A DNA stretch of 64,000 nucleotides. It comes from Candidatus Latescibacterota bacterium (GTDB taxonomy: Bacteria > Latescibacterota > UBA2968 > GCA-2709665). Position 1 is the first letter of the stretch; every line of letters begins with the position of its first letter. Where the stretch lies: positions 192,001 through 256,000 of the forward strand of contig CBDDDZ010000004.1 in assembly GCA_965226795.1 (NCBI GenBank). The letters are read 5' to 3'. Positions 1 to 10,898 of this stretch are shown here, in pieces. The position numbers and the translations under genes are program-made. The notes beneath the pieces were generated by a model, which was not told where the DNA came from, did not search any database, and saw nothing but the letters and a program-made list of their open reading frames with translations.

Positions 1-692
1 CACCCAGGCCACTGCCGCAATACCGGTCAGTCGAGATACCACTCCCGCCTGAAAACGGTAGTGTTCCAATCGTATCTAAGGTCGCGGTTCACACTTGCGG
101 CGCCAGCGCATGGTTCGCAGTAACCTAAATGTGGTTCGCGCCAGACGTCGAATCGGCCTGAAACGATCATTGCACGTTGCAGTTTGTGGTTGTCCGTACG
201 CCGTCGGGAGGCCGTCGTTTTGGAGATCACGAAGGAGCCGATTATACTCATGCGAGACGAAATCGAATTGTCGATGCCAGGATTTGTATCGCCGTGGAAG
301 GGGCATTCACGCAGACGGAGGTCGAAGAAATAAAACGGATCACTGACGAGGTCGATTAGAAATCTCGTTGTGTTGCCCGAGGTAATGCCGTATCTGACCT
401 GATTCGCGGACACGATGTCGACGGACGTGCGACTCCAGCGACAAACTGGCTATAGTCGCCGAAAAATCGGTTACGGGCGCGTTGGTAGTACACGAACAAT
501 TCGGGTACTGGTGTCATTGCGTGCCGTTTCACCGGCACTCGGAAATCCGCGGGATATGCCCATCATCCGGGCAGGGGATTGGGACCGTGTACACGACGGC
601 CCGGAAAACCGCCCCGTGACTTGGCGCGTACAAGAGACGCGGAAATCTCTCGCATAGTTAGCGCCACCGCGATCAGCCCCTACTACAGACGT

Positions 693-1953
693 CTACATCG
701 TCTCTCCTCCCGTTTCTGCGTGTCCACGGTCCTTCCAAAGCCGAACGACAAAGCGATCGTCTTCTTCTTCGAGATCCGGTTCCGTGCCATTGTGGCGCCG
801 CATCGATTCGATTATTCGGTTGCGGATCCCCATTCCCTGATGCTCGATGTAACGGTAGTCGCGGAGAATCTCCTTGAGCAACTCATTACGGGCCACACGT
901 ACGACACCTTCTTTCATCTTGTCTACGGTAACGCCATTCGGCAGTCGTCCCGGCGAAATGACCTCCAGTCGATCCACGTACATCGAGACCTCGATGTCGG
1001 TTCCTTCGCGCGAGTAGTCTCGATGCACCACGGCGTTCACTACGGCTTCTCGTACCGCGTCAAGAGGGAAAGCTCTTTTTCGACGACGACGGGCACCGTC
1101 GAGCCATGCGACGCTTCCCATGTTGCGTTTCACGAAATCCACCGTGCGGTCGATGACGCCTCTCTCTACTACGGCCCCGCGCTTGGATGACAATCGGGAC
1201 CAGCGGCCCGCGGATTCGCTCCTCATCGACCGTATTGTAGTCCTTCTCAGCGCTGGGAAATGCCGCTGCCGTCACACCAGCCTGCGGTAGACGACGGTTG
1301 GGATTCACACCGAACAGTAAGAGGCCCGCAACTGACGCGTTATCACCGTCTCCGGCAGCAACCAGCAAGTCGGAATTGAGCAAAAGGTGCCGCCAGCTTT
1401 CGACGTCGACCCTGCCCGGCACTGATCGCTTCAGAACATCACTGAGGTAGTTCTCGATCCGGCCGATGTCCAGGCTATCCAACCCCATTCCTGCCACGGC
1501 CTTCGTCTCGTAACGGACCAGTCTGGCAGCTTGGTAGAGCCTTCCTTCTTCCTCTCGTGTCGCTTCTCGCGACACACTTCCTACACGGGTGTATGTGACC
1601 CATGCCTTTCCACGCCTGGCTCTATGGGGCTTGCCCGGACTGTCGGCGGAAAATTCCGCGATACCGACTACGCACCCATCATCCATCACCATGGAGGTCC
1701 ATACCGGTATTGATGGGGGTTGAAGGTTGTTGTGGGCTATATTCATGAGCCACTCTTCTGCTTCCTTCTGGCTCCTTGTGAGTCCAGAGATTCGACCATC
1801 ATCTTCCACCCCGAGCAGGATGACACCGCCCTCAAGGTTCAACAGCGCGGACATCTCCTTGGTGACGTCATCCTGATGGCAGTCGTCCCGCTTGAACTCA
1901 ACGCGGGAGTTCTCGCGATTGGCGATGATTTCGAGCATCTCCGTTCTGTTCAT
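693..1953 (-). pseudogene. Schlafen/AlbA_2 domain + HATPase_c_4 (RecG C-terminal-like) protein, frameshifted near 1192
   Basis: The N-half has ENSRVEFK...SALLNLEGGVILLGVEDDG (AlbA_2). The C-half, in another frame, has AVREAVVNAVVHRDY, DRLEVISPGRLP, RNELL and IEHQGMG (HATPase_c_4). The frames join at GPLVP|LSSKRG. Confidence 0.85.
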
Positions 1954-1956
1954 TGG

Positions 1957-4652
1957 TCAGAATCCGTACTTCCGGCGCCGCGTCTCGAACGCCTCGCGAC
2001 CGCCCTCGAGAATCTCCTCCACGAGTTCCCGAACCATTCGGGAGTCAATCGATCCCGCATGTTCAGGTGCGATACGTGCCCGCCCTATACCTGCCTCGCC
2101 AGCGGCCGAAAGCCCGAGAATGAGCTCGGCGTCGCCGAGGACTGGGATGTTTGCGTTGTGCGTTGAGAAGATGAACTGGCGACGTTTCTTTTCCTCTCGC
2201 ATGCGAGGAACGACGCCCTCGGTGATAAAGCGGTTATCAAGGTCATCCTCCGGCTGGTCCACGATCAGTGGAGCACCCGACTCAAGAAGAAGAAGAACAG
2301 CGGTTGCCTTCTGTCCCGTAGATAGATCGTCGAGGTGTTTCCATGCGGGTGCCTCCCCCGCCGGCGTGGTGTTGAGACGGATCGCTGTCGTCGGCGCAAG
2401 CTCCAGTTCCTCGATTTTCATAAACACTTCCCGCTCCCCGGCGGCGAAACGTTCCGCCTGGCCAGGCGTGATGCCGTACCTATTGCGCAACGCCTCGGCG
2501 CCGGATCGGCACGCTTCGACGAATTGCGTAAGCGAAAGCTCGGGAGCCCTGCGAAGACTCTCAACGGCCTCCGACATGCGACCTCCGATCTCTTCACGAA
2601 GCATCTTGAAGAGTGGCTCACGATCTCCCGCGCCGGTTATCTCCACCTGTACGCGGTTTCGGAGATTCTCGCTAACTTTCCTTGCCGCTTGGTCGAACGT
2701 GCGGAATTCCGCGGCCTTGATGTCTTCCCACTCTGCAAGTAGCATGCGACGTTGGTCGTCGTGCTCTTTCTCCAAACGACGAAGAAGGACAAGACGTTCC
2801 TGCAGCGGGCGCAGTTCCTCAATCTGGCGACGAAGCCGGATGAATTCCTCCCCGTCCACACGCGACTTCTGAAGTTCGCGAAGGATCCGTTCGTAGTCAG
2901 TCTGAACCTGCTGCCTTCGGACGTCCCAAGCGATCCGCACCTTGTCGATTCCGTGATCGGCCCGCTCCAGTGCGCGCATTAACTCGTCCGCGATGCGCTC
3001 TACTTCGATGCCTAGATCGGTGAGAACCTGGTTCGACCCCGAGAGGATTTCCCTACCTGGAAGGTCCGCTAGCGCCCGCTCAGACAAGAAGGCCAGATCG
3101 ATCGGAAGCTCATTCCGCAAGAGATCCAAAGCCTCGCGGAATGCCTCCAAACGTTGGGGAACGGAGCCAAGCACGCGTTCCTCTCGCACGAGCAGGCTCT
3201 GCTCCTTAAGGCGCTCTTCAAGACCCACTTCCTGAAACCGTTCAAGCGTTTCCTTCAGTCGGGGAAGGGCGGCAAGTCGCTCTTCGGCCGACTCAATCTC
3301 GGCGCGGGTGTTGCACAATGCGCGACGGTTTTTGGTGAGTTTGTTACCCAGCGACGTCTTGCGACGCAAGAGTGACTCATCACGCTCGACGAAGCCGTCA
3401 AGCAAGCGTGTGAGCTTATCGGGGCTTCTTGCAAGTTCCGATATCTCGTGCTGGCCGTAGACCTCGACCCGAGGAAGAATGTCCGTGGGTGCGAGGTGCA
3501 GCACTTCCCCGTCGGCTTCGCGTACCAACGGCGGATTGGGTACGGTTCGCTCGATGCGATATTCGCGAACCCCGGGGCGTTGGACTCGGACCCTAAGCGA
3601 TATCTTCGTCCCGTTGCGCAACACATGACGGACAATCCCTTCATGTGCGTGGCGAGCTTCTTCGCCGATCGGGGCGAGCCCAAGCACGCTGCGGATACTC
3701 TCGACTATCGTGGACTTGCCGTGCCGCGGCCGCCAATGAGCACGTTCAGGTTGGGATTAAGGCGTACGCTTACGCCATCGAGGAATCCGCCTTCCCAACC
3801 TATGGATACCAACTCCATGTGCTCCTCGGGCTCGAATTCCCCATCCTTGGGATTCATGCGGATGCGTGATCCTGGATCGAGGAACGACTGCCGTAGTCCG
3901 TCGATGCTGACTTCGTCCATCTTGATCCAGCAAGTGGCCGACCGATCGTCGAGTTGTTCAGCTTCGACGATGTCCTTTGCATTGACCGTGGCAATTGCGA
4001 CTCCGGGTTCAGGGGCGTGGGTGCGGCGGTAATCTGCGTTGTTATTCTTTACGATCTGGCGGATATCAGGCGGCAGATCGTCAACGGCGCCCGGGATCTG
4101 AACGGCCAGGAGGTTCTCGTGCCGCCAGGCGCGAATCCTGGCCTGACCCAGTAGTACTTTGAACAGACCTCGTTTGCTCGTCGCGTGCGCTGCAATCGAA
4201 ATCCCCCCGTGACTCTGAACGACGTCCAGAATGTCTGCGAACGTCTTGTTGGCAAGATCGGGAGAGGGGTCGGTATCGTGTATGCCAAATTCACCGAGAT
4301 ACCGTTCAAGCCTATCGAGTTCCGTATCCGGAGGGTAAAGGCAGAGGATGTGAACGCCCTCGCTCGACGACAGCTCAAACCCGGGAAAAATGCGGACTGC
4401 GCGATTACGTGCAGCGGATCGAAAAGCAGCGACCGCGCTGACACTATTATGATCGGTGATGGCGAGTACCTCGATGCCGAGTTCGACAGCCTTATCGACA
4501 ATGGCCTGTGCGTGGCTGATCGTGTCTCCGTCGGACGGCTGCCCACGGAAGGTACCGCCGTAGTGGTACGGGTTCACTTGAAGCGCACACTTGTAGAAAC
4601 GTGCTCCCGCAGGTGCCCGGGCGTCTAAGTTGGTATCCATCGTCACATTCAC
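1957..4652 (-). pseudogene. PHP-domain + SMC/ABC-like ATPase fusion (TrlF/Ppl-like), frameshifted inside Walker A near 3720
   Basis: PHP motifs AITDHNS, GFEL, GVHILC and IAAH. Restoring one G (ggc ac[g] ggc aag tcc acg) gives GGRGTGKST and joins ORFs 3705-4652 and 1957-3687. A coiled coil follows, then LSTGQK signature, LIVDQPEDDLDN Walker B and STHNAN. Confidence 0.85.
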
Positions 4653-5111
4653 TTGTGTCCTACTGCGGTGTGCGCCGTTGTCGAGTTGATCGCCCTACCA
4701 TGTTCCGCGCAGTCAGACTCTTCGATCAAGTGATAAACCTGGCGTTGCGATTCAATCGATTGGGCGGCGACGTACTTTGCAAACCAAGGTCTTCTCACGC
4801 CACCTTCGCGGGTTGCTCGTGGGGCAACTCCATGTGGAATTGCCGGCGCGATAAACAACGCTCATCGTCTATGGTCGTGCGTGCGAGGCAGACGGCGCGT
4901 CGGCGCCGCGAAATTTCAGTCTACAAGCGTCGCCCATTTTGCAAAGGCTTGCCGCGCATGCGAGTAAGATTCAACCGAATATGATTACGGAAGGGAGACT
5001 GTCCGCCGAGTCTGACAGACCGAAATGATAACCGTCGGGACAGCTTAAAATAGGCTAAGATGTACGTGAGTGTCAATCAGATTCTCCATGTCACAGCGGA
5101 GATCGCTAATT

Positions 5112-5140
5112 AGAAAAGACCCCACCGGGGTCTGTTTTCT
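5112..5140. terminator. terminator-like hairpin between the defence genes and the PhyH genes
   Basis: AGAAAA-GACCCC-acc-GGGGTC-tg-TTTTCT. Confidence 0.45.
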
Positions 5141-5399
5141 GCAAACGGCGCTAAAGTTCACCTAGGTGAAAAGGCCTCCCAAAGTGATCAATGTGCAAAC
5201 CCCGCTCGACCCTCCGCCGTCCCTATCCACGATTCCCGCAAAGCGGGTTCCCGGATCATTCCGTTGTCCGCCGGATTCTCCCGTCCACACGCGTACTCGC
5301 ACATCGCCGGTTGCGAATCCGCGACTCGATCCTTATATTCACCCTATTCATGCACAATCGTACCACACGCCCATTCTCCGTTTATGAAAGGACTCGATC

Positions 5400-6266
5400 A
5401 TGCTCACCCGGGAACAGATCGAAGCTTACCATGCCGACGGTTTTCTTGGCGTGGAAGGGGTGTTTACGACAGAGGAGGCTGACGACCTCAGGCGGATCAC
5501 GGATGACTTTGTCGAAAAATCCCGGCAGGTGGCCCAAAGCGACGATGTATTCGACCTGGAACCCGGGCACTGTGCCGAAACACCTCGCCTCAGACGGATC
5601 AAGGAACCCACAAACCAGCACAAGGTCTATGCCCGATCCCAATCCGACATGAGATTAATGGAGATCGTTTCGCGGCTCATTGGCCCCAATATCCGTTGCA
5701 ACGGACAAAAACTCAACATGAAATCCGCGGAATTCGGCAGCCCCGTCGAGTGGCACCAAGACTGGGCCTTTTACCCCCACACCAACGACGACCTCCTGGC
5801 CGTGGGAATCGCCATCGACGCCATGACCTCGGAGAACGGCTGTCTTATGGCCATTCCCGGATCGCACAGAGGACGCGTCTACAACCACCACCAGGACGGA
5901 CATTTCGCGGGCGCCGTAACCGAAGCCGACTTTAACGCCGAGGGTGCCGTACCCATCGAAGTCGGGGCCGGAGGTGTTTCGATCCACCACGTTCGCGCGC
6001 TGCACGGCTCAGTACCCAACACGTCAAGCCGACCCCGCCGTCTGCTGCTGTTTGCGTACGCCGCCGCGGACGCCTGGCCCCTTGTGCCGCCGGTAACGGA
6101 CTGGGAGGCATTCAATGCGAAGATCGTCGCCGGAAGACCCACGTACGAACCCCGTCTTACGGATGTTCCCGTCCGGGTACCCTATCCACCGGCACCAAGG
6201 GGTGGCTCCATCTACGAGATTCAAACCGCCCTGAAAAACCCCTTGTATGGCAGAAAGGCCGGATAA
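5400..6266 (+). CDS. phytanoyl-CoA dioxygenase (PhyH) family Fe(II)/2OG dioxygenase
   Basis: MLTREQIEAYHADGFL, WHQD, ENGCL..IPGSH, HGS.PN.S.RPRR. Confidence 0.93.
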   Translation: MLTREQIEAYHADGFLGVEGVFTTEEADDLRRITDDFVEKSRQVAQSDDVFDLEPGHCAETPRLRRIKEPTNQHKVYARSQSDMRLMEIVSRLIGPNIRCNGQKLNMKSAEFGSPVEWHQDWAFYPHTNDDLLAVGIAIDAMTSENGCLMAIPGSHRGRVYNHHQDGHFAGAVTEADFNAEGAVPIEVGAGGVSIHHVRALHGSVPNTSSRPRRLLLFAYAAADAWPLVPPVTDWEAFNAKIVAGRPTYEPRLTDVPVRVPYPPAPRGGSIYEIQTALKNPLYGRKAG

Positions 6267-7039
6267 TGGAGGCAACGGTATACCTTGATCCCGACGACGT
6301 TTCCGATTTCCACCGAGACGGATACGTCCTGGTCGAGGACCTCTTCAGCGAAGACGAGGTCCGCATCCTGCTCAACGCCGTTGAAACGGGCGCGCGGGTG
6401 GCGGAGAACACCCGCACCACTTCCGACGCGTCGGGAATGACGTCCAGGCTGGCTATCTGGAACGAATTGGGAAACGACATCTGGACCGCGGTGTCCACGT
6501 GTCCCCGCATTGTCAACAATATCCGTATCCTTCTGGGTGAAGAGGTCGCCTTTTTCCACGGCAAAGTGATGTTCAAAGATGCCCACGAAGGCGGGGCGTG
6601 GGAATGGCACCAGGACTACGGATACTGGTATAATCAGGGATTCGTCTTTCCCCGCATGGTCAGCGCATTTATCGCCCTGGACGAATGCAAGCGGGAAAAT
6701 GGCTGCCTGCGGGTGCTGCGCGGATCCCATCACCTGGGGCGGCTGGATCACGTCAGAGTCGGCACCCAGACCGGCACCGATCCCGTCAGAATCGCGGGTA
6801 TCGAACCCCTGTTGGATTGTGTCTCCTGTGAGATGCCGCCCGGCTCGGTCCTCTTCTTTCACTGCAATCTTCTGCATTCCTCGACGCCCAATACGTCCAG
6901 CCGCCATCGGCGGTCATTCATCATCTGTTACAACGCTCTGGGCAACCCCCAGCTTGCCGAGAAGAAGACCGCCGACCAATACCCCTGTCCGGTGGCGCCG
7001 GACAACGCCATCTCCAAGTACGGACCGGTCCCTGGATGA
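6266..7039 (+). CDS. phytanoyl-CoA dioxygenase (PhyH) family Fe(II)/2OG dioxygenase
   Basis: WEWHQDYGYWY, ENGCL.VLRGSH, FHCNLLHSS.PN; TAATG overlap with the upstream gene. Confidence 0.93.
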   Translation: MEATVYLDPDDVSDFHRDGYVLVEDLFSEDEVRILLNAVETGARVAENTRTTSDASGMTSRLAIWNELGNDIWTAVSTCPRIVNNIRILLGEEVAFFHGKVMFKDAHEGGAWEWHQDYGYWYNQGFVFPRMVSAFIALDECKRENGCLRVLRGSHHLGRLDHVRVGTQTGTDPVRIAGIEPLLDCVSCEMPPGSVLFFHCNLLHSSTPNTSSRHRRSFIICYNALGNPQLAEKKTADQYPCPVAPDNAISKYGPVPG

Positions 7040-7130
7040 TCCTGAACAGGGTTCGCGCTGATGCGCCTTTTGGAACCGCGTCCAAGCGCTTCCGGACATT
7101 TGCCCGGGGATGCGGCCTTCGGAAGCGTCC

Positions 7131-8174
7131 TTATCCGCACAATACCTCATGTTCACGGTTCCGTCCCGTCAGCGGCAACTCCACCCACGCGGCGTTCCTG
7201 GCATGGGAGACGTGGAAGCCCACGATTGCCTCCAGCGTCCGGACGGCTTCCGATGCCGCGTACGGAAAGGATGCCCCACCGTCCAGCCAATCCACAATCT
7301 CGCCCACCGCCACATCCATTGAAGAAGAAGAACCCTGCGGCGCCAGCCAGGTATCCCGCCGCCCGTCCCGGAACTCCAGGATCACGTCCCTGCCGTCTAC
7401 ACTTGCGCGGCCCTCTGTACCATTGATCGAAATCCGCGGCGGCAACATCGCATAATCCGCCGCGTCTACCGTGCAGATGAGTCCGCGCTCCAGACGCAGC
7501 ATGCCCCAGCCGCCCGGGTCGCGGAACTGCGCGCCGCGGCAATCCGGCTTCCCGGCCCCATCCAGTGTTCCCGACACCGCCTCAACTGCCCGCCCCGTCA
7601 GCATCTGGATCGTATCGATAAAATGCGTTCCCACGTTGCCCAACCGCCCCGAGCCCCATTGCATGGATGCGGACGTCAGTTCTCCCAATACGCCGTCCGC
7701 CACGAGGTCGCGCAGACGCCGGGCGTTAGGCTGAAACCGCCGGTTGTGGTTCACGACGAGCAGGGCGCCGGCGTCTCCACAGGCCTTCCGCATCCGCTCG
7801 GCGTCTGAAACCCGGGTCGCAATGGGTTTTTCGCAATAGACGGCGCGCACACCCTGCCTCGCGCACGCAACCGCGATCTGGACATGAAAGGGCGCATAAG
7901 TCGCCACACTTACAATATCGAGTGTCTCCCCAGCCAGCATCTCCCGCCAGTCGGCGTAGGTCGGCGTGCCCGTGCGGGCATGGAAACGCTCCCGACGTCC
8001 GATGTCCCGGCTGGATCCGGACGAGATAACGACCCGGGGATGCCCGCCTAACGCATCGGCATGGGTTCCGTCCAGATCGCCCACGGATTGTCCGATTGCG
8101 TCGCCGGATACCTGGTCCGCGCCGCCGATAAAGCCCAGACCCACAATTCCGGCACGATAGGATTTACCAGTCAT
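7131..8174 (-). CDS. Gfo/Idh/MocA family oxidoreductase
   Basis: GIVGLGFIG, CEKPIA, VNHNRRF, GTHFID. Confidence 0.92.
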   Translation of the reverse strand: MTGKSYRAGIVGLGFIGGADQVSGDAIGQSVGDLDGTHADALGGHPRVVISSGSSRDIGRRERFHARTGTPTYADWREMLAGETLDIVSVATYAPFHVQIAVACARQGVRAVYCEKPIATRVSDAERMRKACGDAGALLVVNHNRRFQPNARRLRDLVADGVLGELTSASMQWGSGRLGNVGTHFIDTIQMLTGRAVEAVSGTLDGAGKPDCRGAQFRDPGGWGMLRLERGLICTVDAADYAMLPPRISINGTEGRASVDGRDVILEFRDGRRDTWLAPQGSSSSMDVAVGEIVDWLDGGASFPYAASEAVRTLEAIVGFHVSHARNAAWVELPLTGRNREHEVLCG

Positions 8175-8289
8175 GGAATCTCCTCTTTCGGTTCAGTTTT
8201 CGGCGATTCGACGTCCCGGTCCATCTCCCCTGCCATAATGCACAGCCGTACTTCATTCGCCCGGTCGGGTTCCGTCGGCTCCGGATTCC

Positions 8290-8949
8290 TCATCCATCCA
8301 GTTCCACGGCCCGCCAGAGATACCAGCTTGCCACCGACCGGTATGGACGCCAACGTTCACCGTGTTCCAGCAGGCCTGCCGCATCGGGCAGCCCGCTCAA
8401 CCCGTAGGTGAGCATAAACCCCTTTCTTACACCCAGGTCCTTAACCGGCAGCACGTCCGCCCGGCCCAGATCGAATATCAACATCATCTGCACGGTCCAC
8501 TCGCCCACACCCCGGACGTGCGTGAAGCGCCGGATGATCTCTTCGTCGGGCATCCCATTCAACCGCCGCCCCGATGGAACCGCGCCCTCGCGCGTCTTTT
8601 CGGCAAGGTCTTTCACGGCCGCCACCTTGGCCCGGGACATCCCCGCACCGCGGAACGCGTCGTCGGGTACAGCCAAAACCTGTTCCGGCTCAGGATGTGT
8701 TTCTTGAGGGAACAAACCCAGAACGCGGCCGTAGATCGTCCCGGCCGCCTTTCCCGAAAGCTGCTGGTGGATAATCGAGCGCATCAACGCCCGAAACGGA
8801 TGGTGCTGAGCCCGTGCTTCCAGCCTGCAGGGGCCGGCGCGTACCATCAGACGTGCCAACGCGGCGTCCACCCGTGAAAGCGCCGCAACCGCTTCTTCCG
8901 GATCGTATGTCAATCCACTTTCGATTCCCGGCATCGCGTCGCGACTCAT
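8290..8949 (-). CDS. alkA: DNA-3-methyladenine glycosylase II (AlkA family)
   Basis: SIIHQQLSGKAA, HhH motif VRGVGEWT, PVKDLGVRKG, WRPYRSVASWYLW. Confidence 0.9.
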   Translation of the reverse strand: MSRDAMPGIESGLTYDPEEAVAALSRVDAALARLMVRAGPCRLEARAQHHPFRALMRSIIHQQLSGKAAGTIYGRVLGLFPQETHPEPEQVLAVPDDAFRGAGMSRAKVAAVKDLAEKTREGAVPSGRRLNGMPDEEIIRRFTHVRGVGEWTVQMMLIFDLGRADVLPVKDLGVRKGFMLTYGLSGLPDAAGLLEHGERWRPYRSVASWYLWRAVELDG

Positions 8950-9023
8950 GAAATAATCCTTTGGTTTTCGGAGTCTCGCATAACCCGCCGTTAGCGCGCG
9001 GGCAGACGTGAGACGCAGCTTCG

Positions 9024-9986
9024 CTAGACTACGATCTCGTTTTCACGCCTCAACGTCGCGGCCAGAGCCACTGCGCCTAACAGGCCCGAATTCCCGTTCA
9101 GCCGGGCGGAAAGAATTCTCAGGTGGGGCCGGTGCACGGGCATCAGAAACCGATCCGTCTGTTCGCACAGCGGCTCCAGGAGCACTTTGCCGGCTTTGGC
9201 CACGCTGCCGCCTATCACAATGGCTTCGGGCGCAAGCGCATTTATGGCAGCCGCCATTCCCATGCCCAGATATCGGCACGTCTCATTCACCAGTTCCAGG
9301 GCGAGCCTGTCGCCGGTCCGCGCGGCATCGAAGACCGCTTTGGCTGTAATAGGACCTCCCGCCGCTTTCCGGATCCCGCGGCCCCTTCGAGGCTGCATAC
9401 GCACAGCCTCCTCCCCGCGGCGGCCAATGGCCGTGCCGGAAGAAAGGGCTTCGAGACACCCCCGATTGCCGCAATCGCAAAGCGGACCATCGGCAAGGAT
9501 CGGCACGTGTCCGAGTTCGCCCGCGTTGCCGTTGGCGCCGCGGTAAATCTCTCTATCGATTATAATTCCGGCGCCAATACCCGTGCCGATATTATAATAG
9601 ATAAGGTGTCGGCAGCCCCTGCCCGCACCGAACGTGAATTCGCCCAGCGCGCCAACGTTGGCATCGTTATCCACAATTGCCGGCACCCCGAGACCCCGTT
9701 GAATCGTCTCCGGAATCGCCAGGTTGTCCCAACCCCCCACGTGTGTGGAATTGACGATCCGCTGGGCCTCGAAATCCACAGGGCCGCCAAAACTGATTCC
9801 GCACGCCGATACTTTTCCCGGGGATGACGAGAGCAGCCGGCGCCCCTCGTTGAGAATTCGCTCGATCATCCATTGCGCGCCGCCGGAGCGATCGGTGGAA
9901 CCGGTCGTCCGTTTCATAATACGACCGTCGGACGTTCCCAATGCCAGACTGAAATTGGTGCCGCCGATATCGACCGCAAGAATCAT
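9024..9986 (-). CDS. ROK family sugar kinase
   Basis: DIGGT, DNDANVGALGE, GTGIGAG, GELGH, CDCGNRGCLE. Confidence 0.93.
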   Translation of the reverse strand: MILAVDIGGTNFSLALGTSDGRIMKRTTGSTDRSGGAQWMIERILNEGRRLLSSSPGKVSACGISFGGPVDFEAQRIVNSTHVGGWDNLAIPETIQRGLGVPAIVDNDANVGALGEFTFGAGRGCRHLIYYNIGTGIGAGIIIDREIYRGANGNAGELGHVPILADGPLCDCGNRGCLEALSSGTAIGRRGEEAVRMQPRRGRGIRKAAGGPITAKAVFDAARTGDRLALELVNETCRYLGMGMAAAINALAPEAIVIGGSVAKAGKVLLEPLCEQTDRFLMPVHRPHLRILSARLNGNSGLLGAVALAATLRRENEIVV

Positions 9987-9996
9987 GGAAGCCGCC

Positions 9997-10761
9997 TCAG
10001 TCCGCCAGCCCGCGGGCGCGAAGGTAGTCCAGCGACTGCTCGATCCGCCGTTCCACGTCCCGCCGCGTCAGCGATTCGCCCCTGATCCCCTCCAGTTCAA
10101 ACGTGTAGGGCCCGTTGCGTCCCTGGCCGGCGAATATCTCAAAAATAGCGGGAAAATCCACGATCCCCTCTCCGAGTGCGGGAAAATGCCAGGTCTGAAA
10201 GGCGCCGTTTGTTTCCTTCAGATGCACGGCGGCCACAGCGTGGGACACCTTTCGAAACTGCTCGACCGCATCCACGCCTTCATTGTAATAGTGGACGTTG
10301 GCCGTATCGAAATTGATCCGGATATTGGGATGGTTCACGCTCCGCATCGTCTCCAGCGCCACATCGGCGTTCGTAACCAGGTCCGGATGCGTTTCCATGG
10401 CCACGACTATCCCGCGTTCGGCGGCCGCGTCGCCGATGTCCTGCAATTTTCCGTAGACAAAATCCCGGTCTATACCTCCGGTCTTTATACTCGTAAACAC
10501 CAGGGTTACCCCCATCTCCGCAACGGTATTCAGGGAGTGCACGAACCGCTGGACCACGTCGTCGGCGTGCATCTCACAGCGGATGATCAGACTCGACGGA
10601 CGCAGTCCGAAACGGTCCAGGTCAAGCTGCACCGCACCCGCTTCCTCGGGCTCGGGACATGGAATTTCCACGTTGGTCAGACCGATCCGGCCAAGATGCT
10701 CGTACGCGCCGTCCCGATACTGGCGATAGCTGTTCAGGTTGCACGCAATCAGGTTTGCCAT
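9997..10761 (-). CDS. sugar phosphate isomerase/epimerase (xylose isomerase-like TIM barrel)
   Basis: METHP, NFDTAN, VHLKE, LGEGIVDF, FELE. Confidence 0.88.
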   Translation of the reverse strand: MANLIACNLNSYRQYRDGAYEHLGRIGLTNVEIPCPEPEEAGAVQLDLDRFGLRPSSLIIRCEMHADDVVQRFVHSLNTVAEMGVTLVFTSIKTGGIDRDFVYGKLQDIGDAAAERGIVVAMETHPDLVTNADVALETMRSVNHPNIRINFDTANVHYYNEGVDAVEQFRKVSHAVAAVHLKETNGAFQTWHFPALGEGIVDFPAIFEIFAGQGRNGPYTFELEGIRGESLTRRDVERRIEQSLDYLRARGLAD

Positions 10762-10898
10762 TATTCCTCCTTATCGCGGAACGCGTCGCAGTCTGCCCTG
10801 AGCAGGCTCTTGCGTCGTGCCGTTTCCGTACCGAAATGGGCGAGCCGCCGGTGCTCCGGCCAATGGTTGAGGCCGCGGCGCGATCCTCCGCATGTCAT

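Noticed and set aside
1..690. Short ORFs at the left edge (27-413 minus, 177-359 plus and others)
   Set aside because: No recognisable motifs or convincing start signals; I cannot tell a gene remnant from non-coding DNA.
3700..3730. Programmed frameshift between the PHP and ATPase domains
   Set aside because: The break lies inside Walker A at a short G run with no slippery heptamer; an indel is simpler.
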